Assembly (NCBI GenBank): GCA_902478725.1
Contig: CABSMD010000002.1
Coordinates: 1 to 42,555 of the forward strand
Direction of reading: 5' to 3'
DNA: 42,555 nucleotides
From: an uncultured Clostridia bacterium
GTDB lineage: Bacteria > Bacillota > Clostridia > HGM11514
Position 1 is the first letter of the stretch. Each line of letters starts with the position of its first letter. The notes beneath the pieces are model-generated. The model was not told the DNA's origin and made no database searches. It saw nothing but the letters and a program-made list of their open reading frames with translations. Below, piece after piece: positions 1 through 8,266 of the stretch. A program made the translations under genes and the position numbers.

Positions 1-41
1 GCGTTGATATGCGCCGGCCCGCCGTGGGATAAAGGGGGGCG

Positions 42-1223
42 TTACTGTTTTTTATTTTGTCGTTCATATCGCATTTCCTGATCGATGAGAACGGGAAACT
101 GCTTGTAAAGCATAACCTTCTTCTTCGCATCGATCGTTCCGAGCAATATGTCGTGATAAATGACCCCCCATATATTACTGTTACTGTTGTCAAACCGCAT
201 TAGGACAATCGTTTCCCCCGACAGCTCGTCGCTGATAAAATAGTCCTTGCCTGCAAACCGAATATTTCCGTTTTCCACCAGAATCCTAATTTTTTCCTGT
301 CCTTGTGCGCGAAGCGAGTCGTGGTAACAGTAAATGCTATCCTCCCAGGACAAAACAGAGGACGACCAAAGCTTTTCCGGCATCAGGGGCTGTTTGGCGT
401 TTCTGTATTCCTGTGGCGTTTTGTTCAAGCGTTTTTTGAATATGCGGGAAAAATAGGAAAAATTAGTGAAACCGCATTCAAAGGCGATGTCGCTGACCGG
501 CTTATCGGTCTGGCGCAGCAGCGCCTTGGCCTTGGTCAGCTTTTCTTCTATTATATATTCGTTGGGGGTCTTACCCGTGGATTCCCGAAAAACCTTCTGA
601 AAATATTTTGGGCTGAGGCCGACCCACTCCGCGACTGTTTGGATCGACAGGTCGCGGTCGAGGTGCTTGTGGATATAGCGGATCGCTTCCTTAATTGATG
701 TGTTATAGTGCAAAAACGGCAGCTTGTCCTCGCAGGCCGTTTGATGCAGGTAAGCCAGAAGCAGGTATAGTTGGGATTTCACCATCAGTGAGGAAAACTC
801 GGTGTCAATGGTGTAGCAGTCATAGATCCGGTTGATGATATTCTTCAGTTCGCCGCATTGCTCGGCGGGAAATTTCAGCGGCAGCTGGTTTAGGATGTGG
901 TCATAGCGGATGTGATCACAGACACGGTAGTCAGCATAATCATCCTTTCTGATGATATCGAACTGCAAAAAGATGCACTCATACTCGCACAGATGGCGGT
1001 TGAGCTGGCCGGGCCTGCGAAAGCAAACGCTGCCCTTTTCAAACTCGATGGCCGTACCGTCGATCTCGGTAATACCAGGGGTGGTAAAAAGGTCCAGCTC
1101 ATACAGGATTAAGCGTCGTTGCGGAAGCGAATAGTCTGTCCCCTTGTCCATTCCCGGAAAACTGTAATGGTATCCGCATCGAAGCGGCAAAATTTCAAAA
1201 TCCCGTGCGTGCAGGTATTCCAT
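42..1223 (-). CDS. AraC/XylS-family transcriptional regulator with an unusual ~118-aa C-terminal extension
   Basis: 393-aa ORF. Residues ~175-275 form a canonical double HTH_AraC module (IRYIHKHL..SIQTVAEWVGLSPKYFQKVFRESTGKTPNEY..DIAFECGFTNFSYFSRIFKKRLNKTPQEYR). The N-terminus is a cupin-like sensor region. A GGAGGGG SD lies 5 nt upstream of the ATG at 1223. The HTH is not C-terminal, which is atypical. Confidence 0.85.
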   Translation of the reverse strand: MEYLHARDFEILPLRCGYHYSFPGMDKGTDYSLPQRRLILYELDLFTTPGITEIDGTAIEFEKGSVCFRRPGQLNRHLCEYECIFLQFDIIRKDDYADYRVCDHIRYDHILNQLPLKFPAEQCGELKNIINRIYDCYTIDTEFSSLMVKSQLYLLLAYLHQTACEDKLPFLHYNTSIKEAIRYIHKHLDRDLSIQTVAEWVGLSPKYFQKVFRESTGKTPNEYIIEEKLTKAKALLRQTDKPVSDIAFECGFTNFSYFSRIFKKRLNKTPQEYRNAKQPLMPEKLWSSSVLSWEDSIYCYHDSLRAQGQEKIRILVENGNIRFAGKDYFISDELSGETIVLMRFDNSNSNIWGVIYHDILLGTIDAKKKVMLYKQFPVLIDQEMRYERQNKKQ

Positions 1224-1305
1224 CTTATCCCCTCCACAAAAACCATATCACAACCTTATGCACTCATTTTATCATACGGTAGAAACAAATACAAGCAAGC
1301 AAAAT

Positions 1306-1334
1306 AAAAAGCCAGTGTGAAAACACTGGCTTTT
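1306..1334 (-). terminator. Rho-independent terminator downstream of the zinc-ribbon gene
   Basis: Hairpin GCCAGTGT-GAAA-ACACTGGC (1311-1330), flanked by an A-run on the left and a T-run on the right. Read on the minus strand the stem is followed by TTTTTATTTT. Confidence 0.65.
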
Positions 1335-1382
1335 GACACCTGTCGTTGTTACAGGACACTTCAAATCCGCAAGCTTTGGGGA

Positions 1383-1652
1383 TTATCTGTGATTTTCAAA
1401 GCAATCGCTGCAATAAACCGGCTTATCCGTCTTAGGCTCAAACGGAACAACCGCTTCCTTACCGCAGTCGGCGCAGACGGTAGTGAACATCTCTCTGTTC
1501 TGATTATACGCCTTTTTCTTCGCCGCGCGGCATTCTTTGCAGCGCTGTGGTTCGTTCTGAAGGCCTTTTTCCGCGTAGAACTCCTGTTCTCCGGCGGTGA
1601 AAACGAACTCTTCTCCACAGTCCTTGCAGGTCAACGTCTTGTCTTCGTACAT
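1383..1652 (-). CDS. Small zinc-ribbon protein with four CxxC pairs
   Basis: I trimmed the ORF-track entry 1383..1766 to the internal ATG at 1650-1652, which is preceded by a GAGGGG SD. The upstream part of the track ORF overlaps the tRNA. The 89-aa product is MYEDKTLTCKDCGEEFVFTAGEQEFYAEKGLQNEPQRCKECRAA...CADCGKEAVVPFEPKTDKPVYCSDCF, with two CxxC...CxxC units. Confidence 0.75.
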   Translation of the reverse strand: MYEDKTLTCKDCGEEFVFTAGEQEFYAEKGLQNEPQRCKECRAAKKKAYNQNREMFTTVCADCGKEAVVPFEPKTDKPVYCSDCFENHR

Positions 1653-1771
1653 TGGATATCCCCTCGCTTTATAATTATCTTTGCCCCTATCGGATTTGAA
1701 CCGAACCGGTGCGCAAAACAACGCCCGGCAATGCCATCTGCCAAAAACCGGCAGGATATAGGACATATATA

Positions 1772-1845
1772 TGGAGCGGGTAACGGGGATCGAACCCGCA
1801 CAACCGGCTTGGGAAGCCGATACTCTACCATTGAGCTATACCCGC
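1772..1845 (-). tRNA. tRNA-Gly, anticodon CCC, with encoded CCA
   Basis: The reverse complement reads GCGGGTA-TA-GCTC-AATGGTA-GAGT-A-TCGGC-TTCCCAA-GCCGG-TTGT-GCGGG-TTCGATC-CCCGT-TACCCGC-T-CCA. It folds into a full 74-nt cloverleaf with a 7-bp acceptor stem, a TTCGATC T-loop and a TT-CCC-AA anticodon loop. Confidence 0.9.
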
Positions 1846-1924
1846 ATACCATTTTCCATTGTCAGTTCTGCCTCCATAACCCACACTGCCACGCAACGCC
1901 GTAGCGTTTTAAAACGCGCACCTG

Positions 1925-2557
1925 TTACTGCTTGGAGGCCTTCATAATCTGTTTTTCCAGCTTGCGCTTCACCCGCTGGAGGGCATTGTCAATTGATTTG
2001 ACCTGCTTGCCCAGCTCCTGAGACATCTCCTGATAGGATTTTCCCTCCAGATAAAGGGACAAAATCCGCAGCTCCATCTCGCTTAGAATCTCGGTGATCC
2101 GAACCCCCATCGACCGGTAATTTTCCTTGTTAATGAACAGCTCCTCCGGATCGATGCACTTGTTTTCCGCGATCAGGTCAATTAAGGTCTTGTCCGAATT
2201 TTCATCGAACACCGGCCTGCTCAGCGAAACGTACGAGTTCAGCGGGACATGCTTCTGCCGCGTCGCCGTTTTGATTGCGGTGATAATCTGGCGCGTGATG
2301 CAGATTTCCGCAAACGCGCGGAAAGAGGAAAGCTTCTCGCTCTTAAAATCACGGATCGCCTTATACAGCCCGATCATACCTTCCTGGATAATATCTTCCC
2401 GGTCGGCGCCCATCAGAAAATAAGGGCGTGCGCGCGATTTCACAAAATTGGTGTATTTGTTGAGAATGTATTCGAGGGCAGGCAGATTACCGGCCTTGGC
2501 CAGAACGATGATTTCTTCATCCGACATCTGCTCGTATGCAACGCTTTCAACGCTCAT
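1925..2557 (-). CDS. sigH: RNA polymerase sporulation sigma factor SigH (Spo0H)
   Basis: 210-aa sigma-70 family protein whose layout and motifs are typical of SigH: EEIIVLAKAGN..ALEYILNKY.NFV..RARPYFL.GADREDIIQEGMIGLYKAIRDF, plus a region-4 HTH (LSLYLEGKSYQEMSQELGKQVKSIDNALQRVKRKL). Confidence 0.85.
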   Translation of the reverse strand: MSVESVAYEQMSDEEIIVLAKAGNLPALEYILNKYTNFVKSRARPYFLMGADREDIIQEGMIGLYKAIRDFKSEKLSSFRAFAEICITRQIITAIKTATRQKHVPLNSYVSLSRPVFDENSDKTLIDLIAENKCIDPEELFINKENYRSMGVRITEILSEMELRILSLYLEGKSYQEMSQELGKQVKSIDNALQRVKRKLEKQIMKASKQ

Positions 2558-2597
2558 GCCGTGCCCTCCTTCACCATTTGTTTACCGCTTACTCCCT

Positions 2598-2626
2598 ATT
2601 ATAGTGAAAAAATGGCGGATTGTCAA
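2598..2626 (-). promoter_or_regulatory. Consensus sigma-A type promoter for sigH
   Basis: The minus strand reads TTGACA (2626-2621), a 17-nt spacer, then TATAAT (2603-2598). It lies about 40 nt upstream of the sigH ATG. Confidence 0.6.
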
Positions 2627-2680
2627 GAAAAGTATTGATTTTTTTAAAGAAATTTGTAAATGAATAAATAAAACCGATTA

Positions 2681-2709
2681 TTTACAAACTAGGAAAAAGG
2701 GTGTATGCT
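2681..2709 (+). promoter_or_regulatory. Candidate copA promoter overlapped by a 10-bp inverted repeat
   Basis: TTTACA (2681-2686), a 17-nt spacer, then TATGCT (2704-2709). The inverted repeat ATTTGTAAAT (2652-2661) / ATTTACAAAC (2680-2689) matches 9 of 10 positions with an 18-nt spacer, and its right arm covers the -35 element. Confidence 0.4.
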
Positions 2710-2719
2710 ATTGTAAGGG

Positions 2720-5257
2720 GTGGTAAATTTGGCCAAAATGAAGTTTGATGTGCGTGGTATGACCTGCTCGGCCTGTGCGGCGAATGTGGAAAAGAGCGTC
2801 AGAAAGCTGGACGGGATCGCATCCGTCGAGGTCAATCTGCTGCGCAATACCATGCAGGTATCGTTTGACGAAGGAAAGTCGGATGAAAATAAAATCATTG
2901 CCGCGGTGCGCGGCGCGGGATACGATGCGTTCCGGCAGGGGGCGCAGTCCGCGGCCGTGCAGCCAAAGGGCGGGCCGTCCGAGGAGCTAGCCGAAATGAA
3001 ACGGCGACTGTGGGTTTCGTTTCTCTTTTTGATCCCGCTGTTTTATTTGTCCATGGGACACATGGCGGGGCTGCCGATTCCGCCGGTCTTTTTGGGAACC
3101 GAGAATGCGGCGGTGTTTGCCCTGACTCAGTTTTTGCTGTGTCTGCCGATCGTGGCGGTCAACCATACCTATTTCAGCGTAGGCTTTCGTGCGCTGTGGA
3201 AGCGTTCGCCGAATATGGACTCGCTGATTGCGCTGGGCACTTCTGCCGCGATGGTGTATGGGGTGTACGCGCTCTATCGCATCGGCTTTGCGCTGGGGCA
3301 TGGGGATTCCATGACGGCGCACCATTTGATGATGGATCTGTATTTTGAATCCGCTGCGATGATTTTAGCCCTGGTTACATTGGGAAAATATCTGGAGACG
3401 CGGATGAAAAGCCGCACGTCGGACGCAATCACCAAGCTCATTGAGCTTGCGCCCGATACCGCGCTGGTGGAACGAAATGGAGAAGAGGTAGAAATCCCGG
3501 TCGGCGAGGTTATGGTGGGTGATATCGTGATCGTTCGTCCCGGCCAGCGCATCCCGGTGGATGGTGTGGTGACCGGCGGCGCCTCCTCGGTAGACGAGTC
3601 GGCGTTGACCGGCGAGAGTATGCCGGTGGAAAAAAGCCCGGGCGATAAGGTAATGAGCGCAAGTATGAACCGTTCCGGGTTCTTCAAGTTCCGTGCGGAA
3701 AAGGTAGGGGATGATACCGCGCTTTCCCAGATCATCCGGCTGGTGGATGAGGCGTCGTCTTCTAAGGCACCGATTGCGCGCCTGGCGGACAAGGTAAGCG
3801 GGGTGTTTGTGCCGGTGGTCATCGGGATCGCGGTCGTGGCAACCCTCGTGTGGGCCTTTTTGGGGGATTCCTCGGCGCTGTCGGTCGGGATGGCGGTGCT
3901 GGTCATCTCCTGCCCATGCGCGCTGGGGCTTGCAACCCCGACCGCCATCATGGTCGGCACCGGCAAGGGCGCGGAAAACGGGATTTTGGTAAAATCCGCC
4001 GAGTCGCTTGAGATCGCGCATAAAATTGACGCGGTGGTGCTGGATAAAACCGGTACGGTGACCGAGGGCAAGCCTGCCGTGACCGATATTGTCCCCACGC
4101 CGCCGATGGATGAGCAAGGACTCCTGCGGATCGCCTGCTCGCTGGAAAAGCCGTCCGAACATCCGCTTGCCGAGGCGGTGCTGCGCGAAGCGGCAGCGCG
4201 GGGGATCGAACCCGAGCCGGTGGATGACTTTTTATCCGTACAGGGCCGCGGGGTGGAAGGCAGCATCGGCGGCCGCAGTTATTATGCGGGCAACACCGCC
4301 ATGCTCTCTGAGCGCGGCGTACCGGCGGAGGAATACCGCGAGCTGTCCGGCCGGTTTGCGGACGAGGGGAAAACCCCACTCTTTTTTGCCGATGGTGAAC
4401 GGGTGCTCGGCGTAATCGCTGTTGCGGATGTCATTAAGGATACCAGCCGCGAGGCGGTGGAACGGTTTTCCGCGCTTGGAATCGATGTGACCATGCTTAC
4501 CGGCGATAACAAACGGACGGCAGATGCCATCGGCCGGCAGGTTGGAATCGGCCATGTCGTCGCGGAGGTGCTGCCGCAGGATAAGGAACGGGAGGTTGCC
4601 CGCCTCCAGGCAGAGGGTAAGCGGGTCGCCATGGTGGGCGACGGGATCAACGACGCGCCCGCGCTGGTGCGTGCGGACGTTGGAATCGCCATCGGCGCGG
4701 GAACCGACGTCGCGCTGGAATCGGCGGACATCGTGCTGGTGCGCAGCGACCTGTTAGACGCCGTGACCGCTGTGCAGCTCAGCCGGAGCGTCATACGCAA
4801 CATCAAGGAAAACCTGTTTTGGGCACTGTTTTATAACTCGCTCGGTATCCCGCTTGCGGCGGGTGTGTTTGCTCCCCTGTTCGGCTGGAAGTTAAGCCCG
4901 ATGTTCGGAGCGGCCGCCATGAGCCTCAGCTCGATATGCGTTGTGATGAACGCGCTTCGTTTAAAATGGTTCAAGCCGTCCCGCAAACGTGTGCAAGCGG
5001 AACGGGATTCTATAACACGAAACACAAAGAATATCCAAGGAGGTGACGGCATGAAAAAAGAACTGGTAATCGAGGGCATGAGCTGTTCGCATTGCTCCGG
5101 CCGGGTGGAACAGGCGTTAAACGCCATCGCGGGCGTGGAGGCGACGGTCGATCTGGATAAAAAGACCGCTTTTGTAACCCTCTCGTCCGATGTGGCGGAG
5201 GACACCTTAAAAAGCGCGATCGAAGAGGCTGGGTATGAAGTCGTTTCGGTAAAATAA
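2720..5257 (+). CDS. copA: Copper-translocating P1B-type ATPase with both N-terminal and C-terminal HMA metal-binding domains
   Basis: 845-aa ORF. Motifs present: N-terminal GMTCSAC, TGES, the CPC membrane motif ([12 protein letters not shown]), [19 protein letters not shown], and a second GMSCSHC HMA domain at the C-terminus. The start is ambiguous among GTG 2720, TTG 2729 and ATG 2738. Confidence 0.95.
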   Translation: MVNLAKMKFDVRGMTCSACAANVEKSVRKLDGIASVEVNLLRNTMQVSFDEGKSDENKIIAAVRGAGYDAFRQGAQSAAVQPKGGPSEELAEMKRRLWVSFLFLIPLFYLSMGHMAGLPIPPVFLGTENAAVFALTQFLLCLPIVAVNHTYFSVGFRALWKRSPNMDSLIALGTSAAMVYGVYALYRIGFALGHGDSMTAHHLMMDLYFESAAMILALVTLGKYLETRMKSRTSDAITKLIELAPDTALVERNGEEVEIPVGEVMVGDIVIVRPGQRIPVDGVVTGGASSVDESALTGESMPVEKSPGDKVMSASMNRSGFFKFRAEKVGDDTALSQIIRLVDEASSSKAPIARLADKVSGVFVPVVIGIAVVATLVWAFLGDSSALSVGMAVLVISCPCALGLATPTAIMVGTGKGAENGILVKSAESLEIAHKIDAVVLDKTGTVTEGKPAVTDIVPTPPMDEQGLLRIACSLEKPSEHPLAEAVLREAAARGIEPEPVDDFLSVQGRGVEGSIGGRSYYAGNTAMLSERGVPAEEYRELSGRFADEGKTPLFFADGERVLGVIAVADVIKDTSREAVERFSALGIDVTMLTGDNKRTADAIGRQVGIGHVVAEVLPQDKEREVARLQAEGKRVAMVGDGINDAPALVRADVGIAIGAGTDVALESADIVLVRSDLLDAVTAVQLSRSVIRNIKENLFWALFYNSLGIPLAAGVFAPLFGWKLSPMFGAAAMSLSSICVVMNALRLKWFKPSRKRVQAERDSITRNTKNIQGGDGMKKELVIEGMSCSHCSGRVEQALNAIAGVEATVDLDKKTAFVTLSSDVAEDTLKSAIEEAGYEVVSVK

Positions 5258-5280
5258 AGCAACAGAAAAGAGGGGGCAAC

Positions 5281-5535
5281 ATGGAAAAGCTGTCCGATCT
5301 CCCCAATATCGGAAAAGAGCTGGAAAAACAATTGCAGCGCGCGGATATTGAAACCGTGGAACAGCTTCGCGCGGTCGGGAGCCGGGAGGCATGGCTTCGG
5401 ATCAAGGCGTTTGACCCATCCGCCTGCTATAACCGGCTGTGCGCGTTGGAGGGAGCGCTGCGCAATGTGCGCTGGCACAACCTGCCGGACGACGTGAAAG
5501 CGGAGCTCAAGGAGTTCTACCGGCAGTCGAAATAG
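5281..5535 (+). CDS. TfoX C-terminal domain (TfoX_C-like) small protein
   Basis: 84 aa. The sequence LSDLPNIGKELEKQLQRADIETVEQLRAVGSREAWLRIKA....CYNRLCALEGALRNVRWHNL matches the helix-hairpin-helix pattern of TfoX_C. An AGAGGGGG SD is present. The gene starts 23 nt after the copA stop, so it is probably co-transcribed. Confidence 0.7.
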   Translation: MEKLSDLPNIGKELEKQLQRADIETVEQLRAVGSREAWLRIKAFDPSACYNRLCALEGALRNVRWHNLPDDVKAELKEFYRQSK

Positions 5536-5537
5536 AC

Positions 5538-5588
5538 AAAACACCCCGCCTTATGAACCATTCTGTTCATAAGGCGGGGTGTTTTACT
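5538..5588. terminator. Bidirectional Rho-independent terminator between convergent genes
   Basis: A perfect long stem, AAAACACCCCGCCTTATGAAC / GTTCATAAGGCGGGGTGTTTT, with a 6-nt loop. The A-run and T-run flanks let it serve both strands. Confidence 0.85.
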
Positions 5589-5596
5589 GAACAAAA

Positions 5597-6835
5597 TCAG
5601 CTTACGGTAAACTCCTTTTCAGGGCCGCGCACTGTTTTTACGGACTGGTCTGCCTTGCTTTTGATAACCATGTATGGCTGCATCACATAGGTCTTGCCGT
5701 TCTCCAAAGCGGGACCGTATACCTTGATGCCATACTTTCCATCGGTGCCGCAAATCTCCGCTTCCAGAGGCAGGGAGACAACGGCGCCTTTTTCGAAAAT
5801 TTCCATACCGTATGTTACAATATCCCATCCATACCCTGGGTTGATAGCGGAGAACACGGTGGAGCAATAACAGGGAATCCCTCCGTCCGGGGTATGAATC
5901 CCCTCAAACAGTTGGGGCGCGCCGGAAAATGCAGGTTCCTGTACCGTCTTTTCAGTAAAGGTCACGGACAGTGTGAGTGCCTCGGAGATGTTGTCTATCG
6001 TTACGATCCCATTGCTGTCCGGTGTAAGCGCCTGGCCACCCGCGGACACCGCACCGATCTTCCAGCCCTCATCCGGCTGGAGGGTGAAGGACTTGCTTTC
6101 GCCGCCTGCCACTGGGACTGTGCCGCCGTTTGCAACCGCCTGCCCGTCGGCCAATACCTTGCCGTTTCCTTCCGTGGCAATGGTCACATCAAAATATTGC
6201 GTGTCCTGGTGTTCGATGATATAAAAATCGTCCACCCAGAAACTGACCCGGCCGCTGTCGTAATCGCCGCCCTTTTCGCGGTTGATATAAACCGCCTTGG
6301 CAGCGCTGCTGGCCTCCGTGCCCCCGATCGTAATTTTATCAACCGTAAAGGTCTGTTCCAGCTTGACCCATTCGGTTCCGCTGACCGCGGCTGTTTTGAT
6401 GAGGTATGGATAGCGGCCTTCGGCTGTACTGCCATCCTGATAAGATATCTTCAGTGTGTTGTTGGCGCCCATGTCCATCCGCAGGGCGTGGTTGAAGGTG
6501 TAGCTGCCGCCGTCCGCTGTGGCCGGATACTTGATCCATACGGAAACGGTGTATGTCTTTCCCGTTTGAAAGGTAATCGTTTGCTTTGGGGATGCCGAGT
6601 CGTAAGAGGAAGTATTGTTCGTTACATTGACCTTTAAACAATTGGAGCCGTCCCGTCCGCCGGTGTCGGATGAAAGCGTGGTGCCGCCCCCGCCATTTTT
6701 CTCCCAGCCGCTGATTCCTTCGTCAAAGGTGGGGTTGGTGTTCAATACCTTGCCTGCCACAGGCTGCGCGGCAAATACGCTGGCGTTGATAGCGAGCGTA
6801 AGCGCCAGCACGAATAAACATGCAATCTTTTTCAT
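5597..6835 (-). CDS. Secreted non-catalytic protein: CBM4/9/22-like beta-sandwich, Ig/InlB-B-repeat-like module and an uncharacterised C-terminal module
   Basis: 412 aa. Signal peptide MKKIACLFVLALTLAINASVFA|AQ. The jelly-roll-like region ends in ..RVSFWVDDFYIIE. The middle module reads DVTIATEGNGKVLADGQAVANGGTVPVAGGESKSFTLQPDEGWKI... The C-terminal ~120 aa (..GTDGKYGIKVYGPALENGKTYVMQPYM..) resemble the C-terminus of the protein encoded at 20329..22011. Confidence 0.8.
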   Translation of the reverse strand: MKKIACLFVLALTLAINASVFAAQPVAGKVLNTNPTFDEGISGWEKNGGGGTTLSSDTGGRDGSNCLKVNVTNNTSSYDSASPKQTITFQTGKTYTVSVWIKYPATADGGSYTFNHALRMDMGANNTLKISYQDGSTAEGRYPYLIKTAAVSGTEWVKLEQTFTVDKITIGGTEASSAAKAVYINREKGGDYDSGRVSFWVDDFYIIEHQDTQYFDVTIATEGNGKVLADGQAVANGGTVPVAGGESKSFTLQPDEGWKIGAVSAGGQALTPDSNGIVTIDNISEALTLSVTFTEKTVQEPAFSGAPQLFEGIHTPDGGIPCYCSTVFSAINPGYGWDIVTYGMEIFEKGAVVSLPLEAEICGTDGKYGIKVYGPALENGKTYVMQPYMVIKSKADQSVKTVRGPEKEFTVS

Positions 6836-6931
6836 TGGTCAATCACACCCTTCTTTTTGTTTGCCTCTATTATATAGGAAACAAAAACATATCGATAGTA
6901 AAATACTGTTATAAAATAACACTATTTTGTT

Positions 6932-7990
6932 CTATTCTCCCAATAAGATACCAGCGAGGCAGTCGGAGAACAGCTCCGCGCCGTACTGTGCTTCTTCCAT
7001 CGTGTTGCCGCTCGCGCCGCATTCCACGATCAGCATACCCGGGGCCATGTGCTGATTGAAGCGCTCTTTGCGCAGGTTCAGCGGGCGGGCCAGGCCGGGG
7101 TATTTGTCGTTCATCCTTTGTTGAAGGCGGAGGCCGAACTTGAGATTTTCCTGCCAGCCTTCGTGCGGCAGGCCGCCCTCGTCGGTGCCGAGCACCAGCA
7201 TATACTGCGCGGCGCTCCTGCCGTTGACGTCGGAGACTAACCGCAGGCTGGAGCCATCCTCCGCGCTCAGGGCGTCGCGGTGAACGTCCAGCACCACCCG
7301 GATACCCGGATTTTCATTCAATATGGCGGTCACGGTTTCTAAGCTCCGGCCGTAGGAACCGTTATAGTTTGTGTCATGCACCGTTTTGGAGTGAATCACA
7401 TTGACGCCGCGCTCGGTGAGGATGCGTTCAATCGTATTGCCGATGGAGACGACATTCTGGCTCTCGTCGCCGGATCGCTCATGGGGGTTGTAGCCCTCGC
7501 TGGTGTGGGTATGTACAATTAATACTTGTGGTTCGTCCTTTTTGACCGGCAGGTAGTCGATATTCGCGGCGGCGAGAGCGGCGGTGTCAGGGGTATAGCT
7601 TGTCTGGTTGCGAAGCTCAAGCCCTTCGCTTGGAATACTCTGCGCCGGATGATCCTGTGGGGCGGCGGAGGGGGACGGGTCGCCGGGGCGGTCGATGTCA
7701 GGCAGCTCCGCCTTTGCCTGTGTGCCGTCTGAAAGCGGTGTGGCGGACGCGAACATGACGCTGCTGCGCGCCAGCAGCTCCAGCGGCCCTCCGGCGCGCG
7801 CGGGACGTTCCTCACCCGCGCCAATGGCGGCTACCGCGCCGCCTAAATATGCTTTTGCGCGCTCCGCCTGATAGGGTATGCTAACGTTTATATGGGAAAC
7901 CGCAAACGCCGCGATTAAAATAAATCCACCGAACGCCGCGATTTTTTTGGGCCGGATCACAACCGCCTTTGCTCTGAATTTTCTTCTCAT
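6932..7990 (-). CDS. spoIIP: Stage II sporulation protein P (SpoIIP-type amidase/endopeptidase)
   Basis: I trimmed the ORF to the ATG at 7988-7990, which follows an AAGGAGAAGAGGG SD. The product has an N-terminal TM segment followed by typical SpoIIP motifs: LIVHTHTSEGY, VLDVHRDA and MLIVECG. Confidence 0.85.
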   Translation of the reverse strand: MRRKFRAKAVVIRPKKIAAFGGFILIAAFAVSHINVSIPYQAERAKAYLGGAVAAIGAGEERPARAGGPLELLARSSVMFASATPLSDGTQAKAELPDIDRPGDPSPSAAPQDHPAQSIPSEGLELRNQTSYTPDTAALAAANIDYLPVKKDEPQVLIVHTHTSEGYNPHERSGDESQNVVSIGNTIERILTERGVNVIHSKTVHDTNYNGSYGRSLETVTAILNENPGIRVVLDVHRDALSAEDGSSLRLVSDVNGRSAAQYMLVLGTDEGGLPHEGWQENLKFGLRLQQRMNDKYPGLARPLNLRKERFNQHMAPGMLIVECGASGNTMEEAQYGAELFSDCLAGILLGE

Positions 7991-8099
7991 GCCCTCTTCT
8001 CCTTTATGCTTTGTGTATATCATCTATTATATTGGAAAGGGGGTGGGGATATGACTCCGCTTTTTCTGTGCGGGAGGTAAAAAATTCTTGTTCAAACTG

Positions 8100-8128
8100 T
8101 TTACAGGCGTTAAAATATAGGATATAAT
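8100..8128 (+). promoter_or_regulatory. Near-consensus sigma-A promoter for the Nudix-VanW-ThuA operon
   Basis: TTTACA (8100-8105), a 17-nt spacer, then TATAAT (8123-8128). It is followed by a ~138-nt leader that contains a perfect 12-bp long-range stem. Confidence 0.55.
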
Positions 8129-8266
8129 GTAAGCAACTTTGGTTTCAACAGGAACGTTTCTGCCGGTATAAGGATTTCATTCAAAGAAAGCAAAGTTGCT
8201 TAGTAGCGGTAAAATTGATGCTATGAATGAAACAAACGAAACGCAGGGAAAGGGGATGCAGGATAT

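Noticed and set aside
1653-1766. The upstream extension of the zinc-ribbon ORF (track 1383..1766), and ORFs 1631..1852 and 1317..1904.
   Set aside because: They run into or across the tRNA-Gly gene. The Zn-ribbon protein has a good SD and ATG at 1652.
1904-1917. The 14-nt perfect palindrome GCGTTTTAAAACGC just downstream of the sigH stop, considered as a terminator.
   Set aside because: The stem is very short and AT-rich at its centre, with no usable loop or U-tract. At most it is a weak pause or processing site.
2652-2689. The inverted repeat upstream of copA considered as a CopY 'cop box' or CsoR operator.
   Set aside because: It does not match the cop box TACAnnTGTA or the GC-rich CsoR pseudo-palindrome. 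No copY or csoR gene is in the window. I kept it only as a low-confidence note on the promoter feature.
2681-2690. The shared 10-mer TTTACAAACT at two candidate promoters (2681-2690 and 11450-11459), considered as a common regulator site.
   Set aside because: It is a single short AT-rich match that largely coincides with -35-like sequence. It has no dyad symmetry or third copy, so chance plus promoter consensus explains it.
7991-8100. Sporulation-type (sigma-E/F/G) promoter upstream of spoIIP, for example GTCATA ... ATATAAT-like elements on the minus strand.
   Set aside because: The matches to the sigma-E/F/G consensus are too loose and the spacing too ambiguous to call by eye.
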